From IMG/VR virus record IMGVR_UViG_2866048730_000001, positions 32,314-96,313 of that record: a stretch of 64,000 nucleotides of DNA; one strand, written 5' to 3'. Source of the stretch: a virus. Lineage: Duplodnaviria; Caudoviricetes. Shown in pieces: positions 7,981 to 17,030 of this stretch (positions are counted from its first letter, which is position 1; every line of letters begins with the position of its first letter). The translations under genes were made by a program, and so were the position numbers. The notes beneath the pieces were generated by a model. The model was given only the letters and a program-made list of their open reading frames with translations, was not told where the DNA came from and ran no database searches.

Positions 7981-8601
7981 ATGGCCAGCGACCTGCTGAT
8001 CGAGCGCCTCGACAGCACCGACCCGCGCCACCGAGCGGCGGACCCCTGGACGACCACCTACGCGGTCACCGGCAGGCGGATCACCGGCACCGTCGAGGTC
8101 GCTCCCCGGTTCAACGCACACGGCTGGGAGTTCATGCCGACCGACCTGCACGTGGCCTACGGCTGGGACAAGTACAGCCGCCACGTGGGCACCCTCCACG
8201 TGAACGGCATCCAGCTCGAAGGCGCGCTGCACATGTCCACGAAGACGCCGCCCCGCTGGGCGCTGATCACGATCCGCCGCGTCACGGAGGGTTCGTACGG
8301 CGAAGCCCCTGACGCCACCCAGCGACGCAGCCGGGAGATCCTCCAGGCCGTGGTGCAGGCGCACGTCGAGGACGAGCAGCACGCCTACGAGAAGGCCGCC
8401 CAGTACGCGCGGCACCTGCGGGCTGGTCGCCTCCATGAGCTCCGCGCCAGCGAGCGCGAGGCCCTGCGGGCACTTCGTGAGGCCCAGGCTGCGGTTCGCA
8501 CCGCGAGCGCCCGCATCGACGAGCTCGAAGAGAACTTCGACTGGGTCCTCGGCCTGCATGCACCCCAGCCCACCATCCCGGCCGTGCCGTTGGATGCCTG
8601 A
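7981..8601 (+). CDS. Phage hypothetical protein, C-terminal coiled coil
   Basis: AAGGAG RBS then ATG 7981. Confidence 0.75.
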   Translation: MASDLLIERLDSTDPRHRAADPWTTTYAVTGRRITGTVEVAPRFNAHGWEFMPTDLHVAYGWDKYSRHVGTLHVNGIQLEGALHMSTKTPPRWALITIRRVTEGSYGEAPDATQRRSREILQAVVQAHVEDEQHAYEKAAQYARHLRAGRLHELRASEREALRALREAQAAVRTASARIDELEENFDWVLGLHAPQPTIPAVPLDA

Positions 8602-8616
8602 CCCCAGGAGACAGCA

Positions 8617-9189
8617 GTGACCACCGCGATCAAGATGCCCCGGCTCATCGGACTCTCCGGTCTCGCCCAGTCCGGCAAGGACTCCGCGGCTGGCTTCCTC
8701 GCCGATCAGGGCTGGAAGCGCCGCGCCTTCGCCGACCCGCTCCGCCAGATGCTGTACTCGCTCGACCCGCTCGTGCCCAGCCCGAACGGCGACTGGCCCA
8801 TGCGCCTGCGGGCCGCCATCGACACGCTTGGCTGGGACAAGGCGAAGATCCAGATCCCCGAGGTCCGCGTGCTCCTCCAGCGCCTCGGCACGGATGCCGG
8901 CCGGGCCACCCTCGGCGAGACCGTGTGGGTCGACCAGATGTTCCGTCAGCGGGCCTCGTGGGGGCCGACCGTCATCACCGACTGCCGCTTTCCGAACGAG
9001 GCCGACGCGGTGAAGAAGCACGGCGGCCTGGTCGTCCAGATCGTCCGGCAGAACCAGAAGCTCATCCAGGACTCCGGTCACGTCAGCGAGCAGGCGCTCG
9101 CCGGATATCCCTTCGACGTCACGATCCTGAACAGCGGCACCCTGGCGGAGCTCGGCGACAGCATCCGCGCGGTTGCGGCACGAATGTAA
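8617..9189 (+). CDS. Deoxynucleoside monophosphate kinase
   Basis: IGLSGLAQSGKD P-loop, LLQRLGTDAGR, ITDCRFPNE. Confidence 0.88.
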   Translation: MTTAIKMPRLIGLSGLAQSGKDSAAGFLADQGWKRRAFADPLRQMLYSLDPLVPSPNGDWPMRLRAAIDTLGWDKAKIQIPEVRVLLQRLGTDAGRATLGETVWVDQMFRQRASWGPTVITDCRFPNEADAVKKHGGLVVQIVRQNQKLIQDSGHVSEQALAGYPFDVTILNSGTLAELGDSIRAVAARM

Positions 9190-9225
9190 GAGTTGATTCG
9201 ACCGATCCATCGAGATAGTGTGACT
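9185..9225 (+). promoter_or_regulatory. Promoter overlapped by two operator-like motifs
   Basis: TTGATT-17nt-TAGTGT; same arrangement at 62509-62549. Confidence 0.6.
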
Positions 9226-9245
9226 AGCGAAGAAAGGGGTCCCCC

Positions 9246-9695
9246 TTGACCAGCACAAACACCCTCGTTCGCACCCCTGCGATCCTGGACCAACTGCCCA
9301 TCGGTACGGAGGTCCAGGACTCGGACGGCGACAGCGGGACCAAGACCGCCGACGGCTTCACCGTCCCCGGCTGGAAGACCCCGTTGGACGCCGACTGGTT
9401 CAACTACCCCGTGACCGTCCTCAACCCGACGCCGGCCACCTCCAACCTCGTCGCTGACCTGTCCAGCGAGCTCAACCTGCACACCGTGCTCGAAGAGCTC
9501 CGACAGCTCCTCGACAAAGCCGAGGCGATGTACCAGCGCCAGGACGCCGCGATCGAGGCACTGGCCAGCCGGCCCGGTCTCAACACCGCCAAGATCGAGC
9601 GGCTCGAAGCCCGCTACGACCGCGAGGCCGCCCGGATGCTCGATGAGGTCCTCTCTGTCATCGAGACGCTCACCGACCGCCGGAGCGGCCCGTGA
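9246..9695 (+). CDS. Phage hypothetical protein
   Basis: N-terminal half homologous to 62571-63041. Confidence 0.75.
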   Translation: MTSTNTLVRTPAILDQLPIGTEVQDSDGDSGTKTADGFTVPGWKTPLDADWFNYPVTVLNPTPATSNLVADLSSELNLHTVLEELRQLLDKAEAMYQRQDAAIEALASRPGLNTAKIERLEARYDREAARMLDEVLSVIETLTDRRSGP

Positions 9696-10120
9696 GGCTG
9701 ACGCCCCGCAAGGAGGAAGTCTCCGCGATCAAGGCCGTCCTGGAGTCGCCCGACTTCGACAACGCCGACCAGATGGCCAAGGCGGTCATCAAGGAAGTCG
9801 GCGAGGTCCTCCAGATGCGCGATTGGTACGCCCTCGTCCACACCTGGAAGGACGGCAGCCGCGGCCTGAACTTCGGTCCCTTCGCCAACGAGGCCGAGAT
9901 CAAGACCTTCGCCTCGAAGATCGCCATCGGGGGCACGGGCAAGGTCGTCAAGCTCTACAGCCCCGGCGTCATGCTCGCCAATGTGAACGGCAAGAAGGGC
10001 TGGACCGGCTACTGCCAGGACCCCGACTGCGGCCACGCCCCCGCCAACCACTCTGCCGTGAGCGCCGCTCGCGGTGCCTGCCACATCCCCACCTGCCCCT
10101 GCGGGCAGTTCCGAAAGTAG
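9692..10120 (+). CDS. Phage hypothetical protein with C-terminal Cys/His motif
   Basis: Highly similar to 63038-63466. Confidence 0.85.
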   Translation: MRLTPRKEEVSAIKAVLESPDFDNADQMAKAVIKEVGEVLQMRDWYALVHTWKDGSRGLNFGPFANEAEIKTFASKIAIGGTGKVVKLYSPGVMLANVNGKKGWTGYCQDPDCGHAPANHSAVSAARGACHIPTCPCGQFRK

Positions 10121-10135
10121 ACGGAGGAACCGGCT

Positions 10136-10372
10136 ATGACGGCAAAGACCGTCGACTTCAGGGCCTGCCCGTGCGGGTCGAAGCGCGCCTACGAAGACCC
10201 CCGAGATGCCGCCAAGGCGCTCGGCAAGGCCCAGGCCAAGCGCTCCAGGATCGCCGACCGCCGGGGCACCGGCCGAGGCATCCGCCACGAGAGCCGCACC
10301 TACCAGTGCGACTACGGCATGTACCACCTCACCTCCCAGTCCCGCACCCAGTACCTGGGGGTCGCCGCTTGA
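10136..10372 (+). CDS. Small basic zinc-binding protein
   Basis: CPCG...YQC...HLT; homolog at 63483-63719. Confidence 0.8.
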   Translation: MTAKTVDFRACPCGSKRAYEDPRDAAKALGKAQAKRSRIADRRGTGRGIRHESRTYQCDYGMYHLTSQSRTQYLGVAA

Positions 10373-10629
10373 GCCCCACCGAGGCCGCCCTGGCCAACGG
10401 CTGGAGTTGGGTCCTTGGGGTCAGTGGCGAACAGACCTGCTGCTACCCGGCCGGCACCACGCTGCCGCCGGAGACCGCCGAGGAAGCCCTCGCAGAGATC
10501 GCCTGGCGGCTCGGCCTCGCGCGGCCCGACGTGGAGCAGATCCTCGACCGGATCGACCAGCTCCGCCGCGACTACCGCACCGCTCTCCGCGCCGCCGTCC
10601 TCATCACCCACGGCCCGGACGCCGGATGA
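10369..10629 (+). CDS. Phage hypothetical protein
   Basis: ALANGWxWVLGVSGE shared with 63716-64000. Confidence 0.7.
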   Translation: MSPTEAALANGWSWVLGVSGEQTCCYPAGTTLPPETAEEALAEIAWRLGLARPDVEQILDRIDQLRRDYRTALRAAVLITHGPDAG

Positions 10630-10805
10630 AGGGCGGCAGTAACAGCCTCCTCACCCCGGCCGAAGTCGCCGACTGGCTCAAGGTCAGCGAGATCACCGTC
10701 AAGAACAAGTACCGAACCTGGGGCCTTCCAGCACAGAAGGTCGGCAGGCTGCTGCGCTTTCGCGAGCGCGACATCGTGACCTACCTCGACAGCAGATACG
10801 GGTAG
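10626..10805 (+). CDS. xis: Excisionase (HTH)
   Basis: LLTPAEVADWLKVS...KVGRLLRF; directly upstream of integrase. Confidence 0.85.
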   Translation: MKGGSNSLLTPAEVADWLKVSEITVKNKYRTWGLPAQKVGRLLRFRERDIVTYLDSRYG

Positions 10806-10849
10806 CTCCAAGCAGGCCGCACCGCCCCACCGACACAGAAAGGGGCCAC

Positions 10850-12130
10850 GTGGCCACCGTCTTTCAGCCCTGCAAAGAAGAAGAGCAGGATCGTTTCTAT
10901 CCCTGCACGAAGGCCCGCTGCGGCCACAAGTGGCTCGTCCGCTACCGGGAGCCGGGCGGCCGGTCCGGGAGACAGCGCGAGAAGAGCTTCGCCAAGAAGA
11001 CCGGGCCCGACGGCGCTGACGCCTTCGCCAGCAAGGTCGAGCACGACAAGGGCATGGGCGTCTACCTCGACCCCCAGCGGGGCGCCATCACCCTCCGGGC
11101 CTACGCCAAGGAGTGGCTGGAGCGGCAGATCCTCGCGGAGGGCACCTTCCGGAACTACGAAGGCTTCATCCGAAACCACCTGATACCGCACCTCGGGCGC
11201 AAGACCCTGGCCGGCCTCGCCCAGAGCGACTTCGAGCGGTTCGTCGCCACCCTCCACCGCAAGGGCGAGGGCATGGCCGCCTCGACGATCAACGACCGCA
11301 TGAACATCCCGATCGCGATGCTCGAAGCGGCGATCGTCGAGAAGCGCATCTCCGAGAACCCGGCCAAGGGCGTCAAGATCCCCCGGACGAGCAGTATCGC
11401 CGTCGACGAGGACGAGATCCCCACCCTCGAAGAAGTCGATCTCCTCGGCAAGCACATCTCCCCGCAGTACCGCCTGACGGTCTACCTCATGGCGGGGGCC
11501 GGGCTACGGCCAAGCGAAGCTCTCGCCTTCGCCTGTGAATGCCGCCGCACCGAGTTCATTCGAATCCGCTGGCAGGTCAGCGCGAAGGCGAGCCGCGGCG
11601 ACAGCCGAACCAGGTTCGTTCCGCTGAAGCACCGCGCGGAAGGCGAGTACCGGGATATCCCGATCGCCCCGTTCCTGGACGAGGAGATCGACGCCCACGA
11701 GGAGCAGTGGGCGCCCATCCCGGTCGCCTTCAAGGACAAGGCTGGTAAGGACAGGGAGCTCGAAGTCTTCTTCGCCCCGCGCGAGCGGGGCAAGGGCACC
11801 ATGCCCACGGCCAACACCTTCGGCTACCACTTCAAGAAGGCATGCATCGCGGCCGGGCTCGTCGACTCGAACGGCAAGCCGAAGTACACCCCGCACGCTC
11901 TGCGACATTTCTTCGCCTCGACCGCCCTCGCGAACGGAATTCCTATCCACGAGGTCTCCCGATGGCTCGGACACAAGTCCATCAAGATCACCGTGGACAC
12001 CTACGGACACCTCGTCCCGGGTGCCTGGCACCGCTGCCGCGAGGTCATGCAGGCCGCCATGCGGCCGGTACCGTTGGACCTGGATCGGCCGGCACCCGGC
12101 GGTGCCGACGACTACGGCCCTGCCGCGTAG
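10850..12130 (+). CDS. int: Tyrosine integrase
   Basis: GLRPSE, HALRH, LGH and TYGH catalytic motifs. Confidence 0.95.
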   Translation: MATVFQPCKEEEQDRFYPCTKARCGHKWLVRYREPGGRSGRQREKSFAKKTGPDGADAFASKVEHDKGMGVYLDPQRGAITLRAYAKEWLERQILAEGTFRNYEGFIRNHLIPHLGRKTLAGLAQSDFERFVATLHRKGEGMAASTINDRMNIPIAMLEAAIVEKRISENPAKGVKIPRTSSIAVDEDEIPTLEEVDLLGKHISPQYRLTVYLMAGAGLRPSEALAFACECRRTEFIRIRWQVSAKASRGDSRTRFVPLKHRAEGEYRDIPIAPFLDEEIDAHEEQWAPIPVAFKDKAGKDRELEVFFAPRERGKGTMPTANTFGYHFKKACIAAGLVDSNGKPKYTPHALRHFFASTALANGIPIHEVSRWLGHKSIKITVDTYGHLVPGAWHRCREVMQAAMRPVPLDLDRPAPGGADDYGPAA

Positions 12131-12402
12131 CTGTGCTGACCTGTTCCGACGGTGCTGATTCCGTGCTGACTTGGACCCTCAGAATTGACGTTTCTGCAGG
12201 TCACAGCGTTGTGGTGGAAGTTCCGCTTCAACGTGTGATGAGTGACATAGCACGCCACTCCTGATCTGGCAAACGCGCAGGTCAGAGGGGGTCCCTCCCT
12301 TCGGGGGTGGACCCCCTTTTCATTCCCGTGCTGACTTGGTGCTGACCTGGAAGCACCCCCCATCACCCCCCAGAACCCCTTCCGTGCTGACTTGGTGCTG
12401 AC
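12131..12402 (+). other. attP-like junction: core duplicating the ychF 3' end, flanked by arm-type repeats
   Basis: TTCCGCTTCAACGTGTGA (12221-12238) = FRFNV*; TGCTGA(C/T) repeats at 12134, 12153/12164, 12329/12340, 12385/12396. Confidence 0.75.
12286..12320 (+). terminator. Intrinsic terminator after the att core
   Basis: AGGGGGTCC...TTCG...GGACCCCCT followed by T run. Confidence 0.7.
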
Positions 12403-12434
12403 CATCCGAACGGGTGATGGGCGCGGCGCTGACC

Positions 12435-12731
12435 TCAGCGGGGCTTTCGGTGTCGGCCCGTGCCTGGCGCCAGCGGCTGTCGCGCTGGGCTCGGCGTAGT
12501 CGAGGGGGACGTCTGGGCCTCGGGGTACAGGATGCGCTTGGCCTCTGCGAGGCTGGCCGCGAAGGCGTACGGCTCCCAGGAGTAGCCGTTCCATCGCTCG
12601 ATGGCCCGCGGGGCGTCGGGGTTCAGGTGCGCCCCTCTGGGGCCGTCGCCGGTGACGATGGGGACAGCGCGAAGCCGGCCGATCTTCGCTTCACGGCGCT
12701 CCGCCCACTCCTCCAGTGGCTCGTCGTTCAT
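12435..12731 (-). CDS. DUF6087-like protein
   Basis: DEPLEEWA...HLNPDAPRAIERWNG pattern recalled from Streptomyces proteins. Confidence 0.6.
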   Translation of the reverse strand: MNDEPLEEWAERREAKIGRLRAVPIVTGDGPRGAHLNPDAPRAIERWNGYSWEPYAFAASLAEAKRILYPEAQTSPSTTPSPARQPLAPGTGRHRKPR

Positions 12732-12740
12732 CCTGCCAAC

Positions 12741-13118
12741 CTAGTGGTCCCCGAGCCCTGTGACGGGCTGTCCGGTGAGACGCTGGGCGATCTGCCAGAG
12801 CATGCCGCCTCGTGAGGCTTTCATGAGCACCTTGTCGCCGGGCACGAGGATCTTTTCCAGGAAGTCGGCGGCGGTCTCGTTGTCAGCAACGAGGGCAAGG
12901 TTGGGTACGCCGGCCGCGCCCGCGTGGAGGACGAGTTGCTTCACGTTGGGGCTGTTGCCGACACCGAGCAGGATCTCGACTCCTTGCTCGGCTGCGTAGC
13001 GCCCGATCTCGCGATGGGCCTCAAGCGAGTCGTCGCCCAGTTCGAGCATCTCTCCGAGTACGGCGATCGTCCGGCCGCCGTCGGCCGGGCGCGTTCCGCC
13101 GTCTGCCTCGGTCATCAA
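12741..13118 (-). CDS. Stand-alone MurF-like C-terminal (peptide-binding) domain
   Basis: AVLGEMLELG...H..IG...KASRG; no ATP-binding domain. Confidence 0.8.
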   Translation of the reverse strand: MMTEADGGTRPADGGRTIAVLGEMLELGDDSLEAHREIGRYAAEQGVEILLGVGNSPNVKQLVLHAGAAGVPNLALVADNETAADFLEKILVPGDKVLMKASRGGMLWQIAQRLTGQPVTGLGDH

Positions 13119-13660
13119 GAGTCTCCGTTGTTTAGGGGCGCGAAGGTGATCGCGCGTCCGGTGTATGAGTGGGAGAGGCGACTGAGCGGTACCTGGTCGT
13201 TCTCCTGGCCCCAGGCCGATGGGTCGCGGAAGTGGATGGTTGGGTCCGGGCCGCTCTCGTAGCCGCGAAGGATGACGAGGTGCCCGCCCTTGCGGCCGTC
13301 CTCGGGGAATTGCTCGGTCACGGACACGATGAGCGGAGCGTCGTCGAGGCGGCCGAGCAGACCTTCAACGGGGACGGCTTCCGCCTGGGAGTGAATTCCG
13401 AGCTCGGTCGCCAGGTTCGCGATCCCCGCGTGAAGCGCTCCACGCGGGGTCAAAACCTCGTGCTTTACGGCGAGCTTCAGGAGTTCCGTCACCGTTGGTG
13501 CCTCGCACCCGTAGGCCAGCAAAACCATTCTCAGTGACGCCAGGCCGCACGCCCGGTTGGACCACTCGATCCTGTCTCCCAGTGCCCATCCTCCGTGGTG
13601 ATCCCATTCGGCGGGGGTGATGAGCTGTCGGCACATGGGGACTTCGTGGGCGCGCGGCAC
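13115..13660 (-). CDS. C39-like cysteine peptidase
   Basis: Q...ACGLASLRM, GHLVILRGY, FRDP triad layout. Confidence 0.8.
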   Translation of the reverse strand: MPRAHEVPMCRQLITPAEWDHHGGWALGDRIEWSNRACGLASLRMVLLAYGCEAPTVTELLKLAVKHEVLTPRGALHAGIANLATELGIHSQAEAVPVEGLLGRLDDAPLIVSVTEQFPEDGRKGGHLVILRGYESGPDPTIHFRDPSAWGQENDQVPLSRLSHSYTGRAITFAPLNNGDS

Positions 13661-13673
13661 AGTGGCATTGCTC

Positions 13674-14765
13674 CTACAGGGAGACGGCAGCCTCCCGCGT
13701 CACCGTGGTGCTGGAGAACACGGGAGTGGGCAGGGGGACATCGTACGGCGGCCGGGCCAGGGCCTCATGAAGCATCGCCAGCACGACATCCGTGTGCGTG
13801 AGCCCGACCATCGCCGCCCCGACCGCGAAGTTGCTGTCACGGGACATGCCCGGCGTGCTGTTGACCTCCAGCACGTACGCGTCGCCTTCCTCGGTGACGA
13901 TGAAGTCGATGCGGGCCGAGCCGCGTAGTCCGATCCCATCCCACAGCGTCCGGGCATCCCTGGCGATCCGGTTCATCGCTACGGGCTCCAGCTCGGCGCT
14001 TCGGACGGTGACGGCGCCCTTCGAGTCCACGTCGAGCTTGGTGTCGGCGTCGTAGAACTCGGCATCGGTCGCCTCGGTGGTCAGCGGCGGGAAGACGATC
14101 ACCGAGCCGCCCGGAAGCTCCAGCATTCCCACGGTCACGGGGGTACCGACGATGTAGTCCTCGACGAGCACCTCGTCACCGCTTTCGCCAGCGGCCTCCG
14201 ATAGGGCGCGGGGCAGGTTGGCCGCGTCGCGGACGAGGCTCATGCCCACGCTGGACCCGCCGAAGGGCGGCTTCACCATGACGTCCCGGGTGCCCCAGTT
14301 CACCGGCCCGCCGGACCAGACGCGCCAACCGGGCGTCGGGACGCCGAGGGTCAGCATGACCCGCTTGCAGAGGATCTTGTCAGCGGCCACCGCGGATGCC
14401 TGTACCCCGCTGCCGCAGTAGGGCACGCGAAGGTAGTCGAGCAGGCCCTGAAGACGACCGTCCTCACCGTAGGGGCCGTGCAGGTTCGAGAGGGCCACGT
14501 CGTACGAGACCAGCTCCCTGATGAAGTCGGGCTGGGTGGGGTCCAGCACGTTCCACCGCGCGCCGAGCTCTTCGAGGGCCTCGCCCAGCGCGGTCACGGA
14601 TCGCTGCTCGACTGGGCACTCGGAGTGGTAGAGCCTGTCTTCGGCGGACACCGGTCCGTAAATGAGGGCGACGCCGAGGCCCTGCCGGCCTCGCCCCCAC
14701 TCGCGGAGTTTCTCGGCGGCGTTCTGCGCCGCTTGCTTCGAGGTCGAGTCGAGAAAGACGGTCAT
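13674..14765 (-). CDS. ddl: D-Ala-D-Ala ligase-like ATP-grasp protein
   Basis: LHGPYGEDGRLQG, KPPFGGSSVG, ARIDF, LEVNSTPG. Confidence 0.9.
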   Translation of the reverse strand: MTVFLDSTSKQAAQNAAEKLREWGRGRQGLGVALIYGPVSAEDRLYHSECPVEQRSVTALGEALEELGARWNVLDPTQPDFIRELVSYDVALSNLHGPYGEDGRLQGLLDYLRVPYCGSGVQASAVAADKILCKRVMLTLGVPTPGWRVWSGGPVNWGTRDVMVKPPFGGSSVGMSLVRDAANLPRALSEAAGESGDEVLVEDYIVGTPVTVGMLELPGGSVIVFPPLTTEATDAEFYDADTKLDVDSKGAVTVRSAELEPVAMNRIARDARTLWDGIGLRGSARIDFIVTEEGDAYVLEVNSTPGMSRDSNFAVGAAMVGLTHTDVVLAMLHEALARPPYDVPLPTPVFSSTTVTREAAVSL

Positions 14766-15562
14766 GCGTATACCCCTTCGAAGGTCTGGGTGACCGGTCC
14801 GCCAACCCAGGCGGCCCGTTCCGGGCGGTCGTGGTGCGGGCGGACGGTGAGCGGTTCACCGGCCCGGTTGTGAACGGTGACCTCGCGCTTGGCGACGAGG
14901 CCGCGCATGGTGGCGACGACAACGGCTGCGACGGCCCCGCTGCCGCAGGAGAGCGTCTCGGCTTCGACACCGCGTTCGTAGGTGCGGATCTTGAGTGCCT
15001 GGCGGCCGAGGCGCTGGACGAAGTTGACGTTCGTGCCGATCGGCGCCACGTTCTTGTGGTGCCGAACGACTCGGCCGACCACTTCCGCGTGGATGGCGTC
15101 CACGTCGTCCACGACGGCGACGACGTGTTCCGTGCCGGTGTGCGCGCTGTCGAACCACGTTGGCCTGCCGTTGATGATCGTCTGTAAGACGCGGGGCTCG
15201 ATGGCGCCCACTTCGGCTGTGACCCATACGGAGTTGGTGTCGACGGTTGCCTCGTGCAGGACACCTGCCATGCGAAGCTGCATCGTCCGGAAGCCCTGAT
15301 CGCACTGGGCTGCCCACGCCGCACAGCGCAGCGCGTTGCCGCACATCGTGGCGACCGAGCCGTCCGCGTTGAAGCAGTCGACTTCGAGAACGGTCGGCTC
15401 ATCGCTGACCCGGCTGCTGATGACAAGGCCGTCCGCACCGATGCCAGTACGTCTGGCGCAGAGGCGTTCGGCCTCCTTCGGCCACTCCCTTTTGTCGGCC
15501 GGGCCGAGGTCGGTAAGCAGGACGAAGTCGTTGCCGGCCCCGTGAATCTTGCGGAAGCGCAT
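14762..15562 (-). CDS. dapF: Diaminopimelate epimerase
   Basis: HGAGNDF, GADG, NADGS..MCGN, ERG..ETLSCGSG; both catalytic Cys present. Confidence 0.92.
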   Translation of the reverse strand: MRFRKIHGAGNDFVLLTDLGPADKREWPKEAERLCARRTGIGADGLVISSRVSDEPTVLEVDCFNADGSVATMCGNALRCAAWAAQCDQGFRTMQLRMAGVLHEATVDTNSVWVTAEVGAIEPRVLQTIINGRPTWFDSAHTGTEHVVAVVDDVDAIHAEVVGRVVRHHKNVAPIGTNVNFVQRLGRQALKIRTYERGVEAETLSCGSGAVAAVVVATMRGLVAKREVTVHNRAGEPLTVRPHHDRPERAAWVGGPVTQTFEGVYA

Positions 15563-15622
15563 GGCGAAGCTCCTCGCGGCGTGAGGTGAGAAGGGTCGAG
15601 AGATACTCGGATGCGTTTTGGG

Positions 15623-15871
15623 TCAGAGAAGTTCGAGGGGCCGGTAGATAGTCCGGGGCTCGCGCATGATCACCGGGGCGCGCCCGGTGAAGTGCAGGAC
15701 GCGGTGGGCTGATGTGCCGGCGGCCCTCATGTCCCGGACTCGCTGGAACGCTCCATCGAGGTACAGGAAGTCGCCTATGCGCACATCGCCCGGCGGCCTG
15801 TTCCGCTGCTCGACTGTCCCGACAGGGGGAGTCGGCTTGGCTTGCAATTCCCCAGCCTTGCGCTTGTGCAT
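15623..15871 (-). CDS. Hypothetical protein
   Basis: TGATG-coupled chain on the minus strand. Confidence 0.6.
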   Translation of the reverse strand: MHKRKAGELQAKPTPPVGTVEQRNRPPGDVRIGDFLYLDGAFQRVRDMRAAGTSAHRVLHFTGRAPVIMREPRTIYRPLELL

Positions 15872-15957
15872 CAGCCCCTCCAGATGGCGTAGAGGAGGGT
15901 GCCGCCGAGCATCACAAGGCTGGCAAGGTAGGTGAGTTGTTCGTTTCGGGGGCTCAT
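15871..15957 (-). CDS. 28-aa single-pass membrane peptide
   Basis: MSPRNEQLTYLASLVMLGGTLLYAIWRG; 1-nt stop/start overlaps on both sides. Confidence 0.55.
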   Translation of the reverse strand: MSPRNEQLTYLASLVMLGGTLLYAIWRG

Positions 15958-16496
15958 CAGGTTCCGATCAGGAGGCTCTCCAGACGGCCGCGGAGCGGCG
16001 GCATGCTGACTTCGGACAGCGGCACCCAGGCCGCCGCGCCCGCTTCCAGCACCGACGAGCGCACGGCGCTTGCGTGTGCCCGGAAGAGGTAACGAATGCC
16101 GACCCGGAGGCGGGGGCCATACGCGTGCTGACTCGCGGGCGTCACGTCGACCAGGAAGGGGCCTTCGTTTCCGGGTTGCGTCCACACGTCCCGGATGCCG
16201 ACCTCCTCGACCAGCAGGCGGAGGGCCGCCTCGCTGAGTGAGTCGTCCTGATCCTCCGGCTCGGCCTCCGCGAGGGCGTAGCCGCCCTGGTGCCGCAGGC
16301 ACAGGACGCGGTCCCGCTCGTCGACGACGACGGCCGCCGTCATCACGAGCGGACAGCGCTGGTCGTGCGTGCAGGCTTGGCGCCGCGAGTGGTCGAGGGC
16401 GGCGTCGTACACCGGCATCAACGCCATCTGGTCGCCGGGGTGTTCGTGGAGATAGTGGGAGAGCTCCCGGATGATCTGGTCTTCCTTGACGCTCAT
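15957..16496 (-). CDS. NUDIX-fold protein with degenerate Nudix box
   Basis: TAAVVVDERDRVL...SLSEAALRLLVEEVGI. Confidence 0.75.
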   Translation of the reverse strand: MSVKEDQIIRELSHYLHEHPGDQMALMPVYDAALDHSRRQACTHDQRCPLVMTAAVVVDERDRVLCLRHQGGYALAEAEPEDQDDSLSEAALRLLVEEVGIRDVWTQPGNEGPFLVDVTPASQHAYGPRLRVGIRYLFRAHASAVRSSVLEAGAAAWVPLSEVSMPPLRGRLESLLIGT

Positions 16497-16876
16497 GGCG
16501 CGCCCAGCCCGTTGCGCTCGGTGTAGACCCAGAGCAGCCGCCGCGTGAGCGTAGCGACGTCCCGGGCGTAGAGCCACGCCCCGAAGGTCGGCGTCTCTGC
16601 GGTCGGGCGCTCCTTGGAGTCGATCAGGGTAAGACCCTTGCGGACGAGCTGCTGAACCTCGGCGTCCTCGTCCGCCCCCAGGTCCTGGTCGAGCAGGAGG
16701 TTCAGGTGTTGGACGACTGCCGGCGTGACCTCGTCGATGTCCTCGCGGGTCGTGGACCCCATCCGCATCGCGAGGATCGAATCCGTGCGTAAGGAAATTC
16801 CTTCGGTGTCGACGGGGGGATTCTCGGCCGATTCCTCGGCCGCCCCCAACGCCTTGCCGGTACTTGCCAAAGCCAT
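16493..16876 (-). CDS. DUF6415-like protein
   Basis: Size, helical pattern and position downstream of an XRE/DUF5753 module. Confidence 0.5.
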   Translation of the reverse strand: MALASTGKALGAAEESAENPPVDTEGISLRTDSILAMRMGSTTREDIDEVTPAVVQHLNLLLDQDLGADEDAEVQQLVRKGLTLIDSKERPTAETPTFGAWLYARDVATLTRRLLWVYTERNGLGAP

Positions 16877-16944
16877 CCCAGCCTCCTCCGGGCAAGTTCT
16901 GGAGCCGTGGCATCAAGCTACGGATGGAGATATCCGGAGCACCA

Positions 16945-17025
16945 CGAAATTGCCCACACTTGCCAGGAGGTAGTGAAACGTGCCGGAACTTGCCGCGCTC
17001 AAGCGGAACTTGCCCGGACTTGCCA
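16945..17025 (-). repeat. Phased (A)CTTGCC direct repeats, putative operator
   Basis: TGCC at 16951, 16961, 16981, 16991, 17011, 17021. Confidence 0.7.
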
Positions 17026-17030
17026 GTCGG

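Larger units (their letters stand above)
1..12220 (+). mobile_element. Prophage A, partial (control region, early operon, xis, int)
   Basis: Dense small phage-type genes (ArdA, DNA methyltransferase, dNMP kinase) ending in xis-int and an att-like site; gene order mirrors 52300-64000. Confidence 0.85.
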
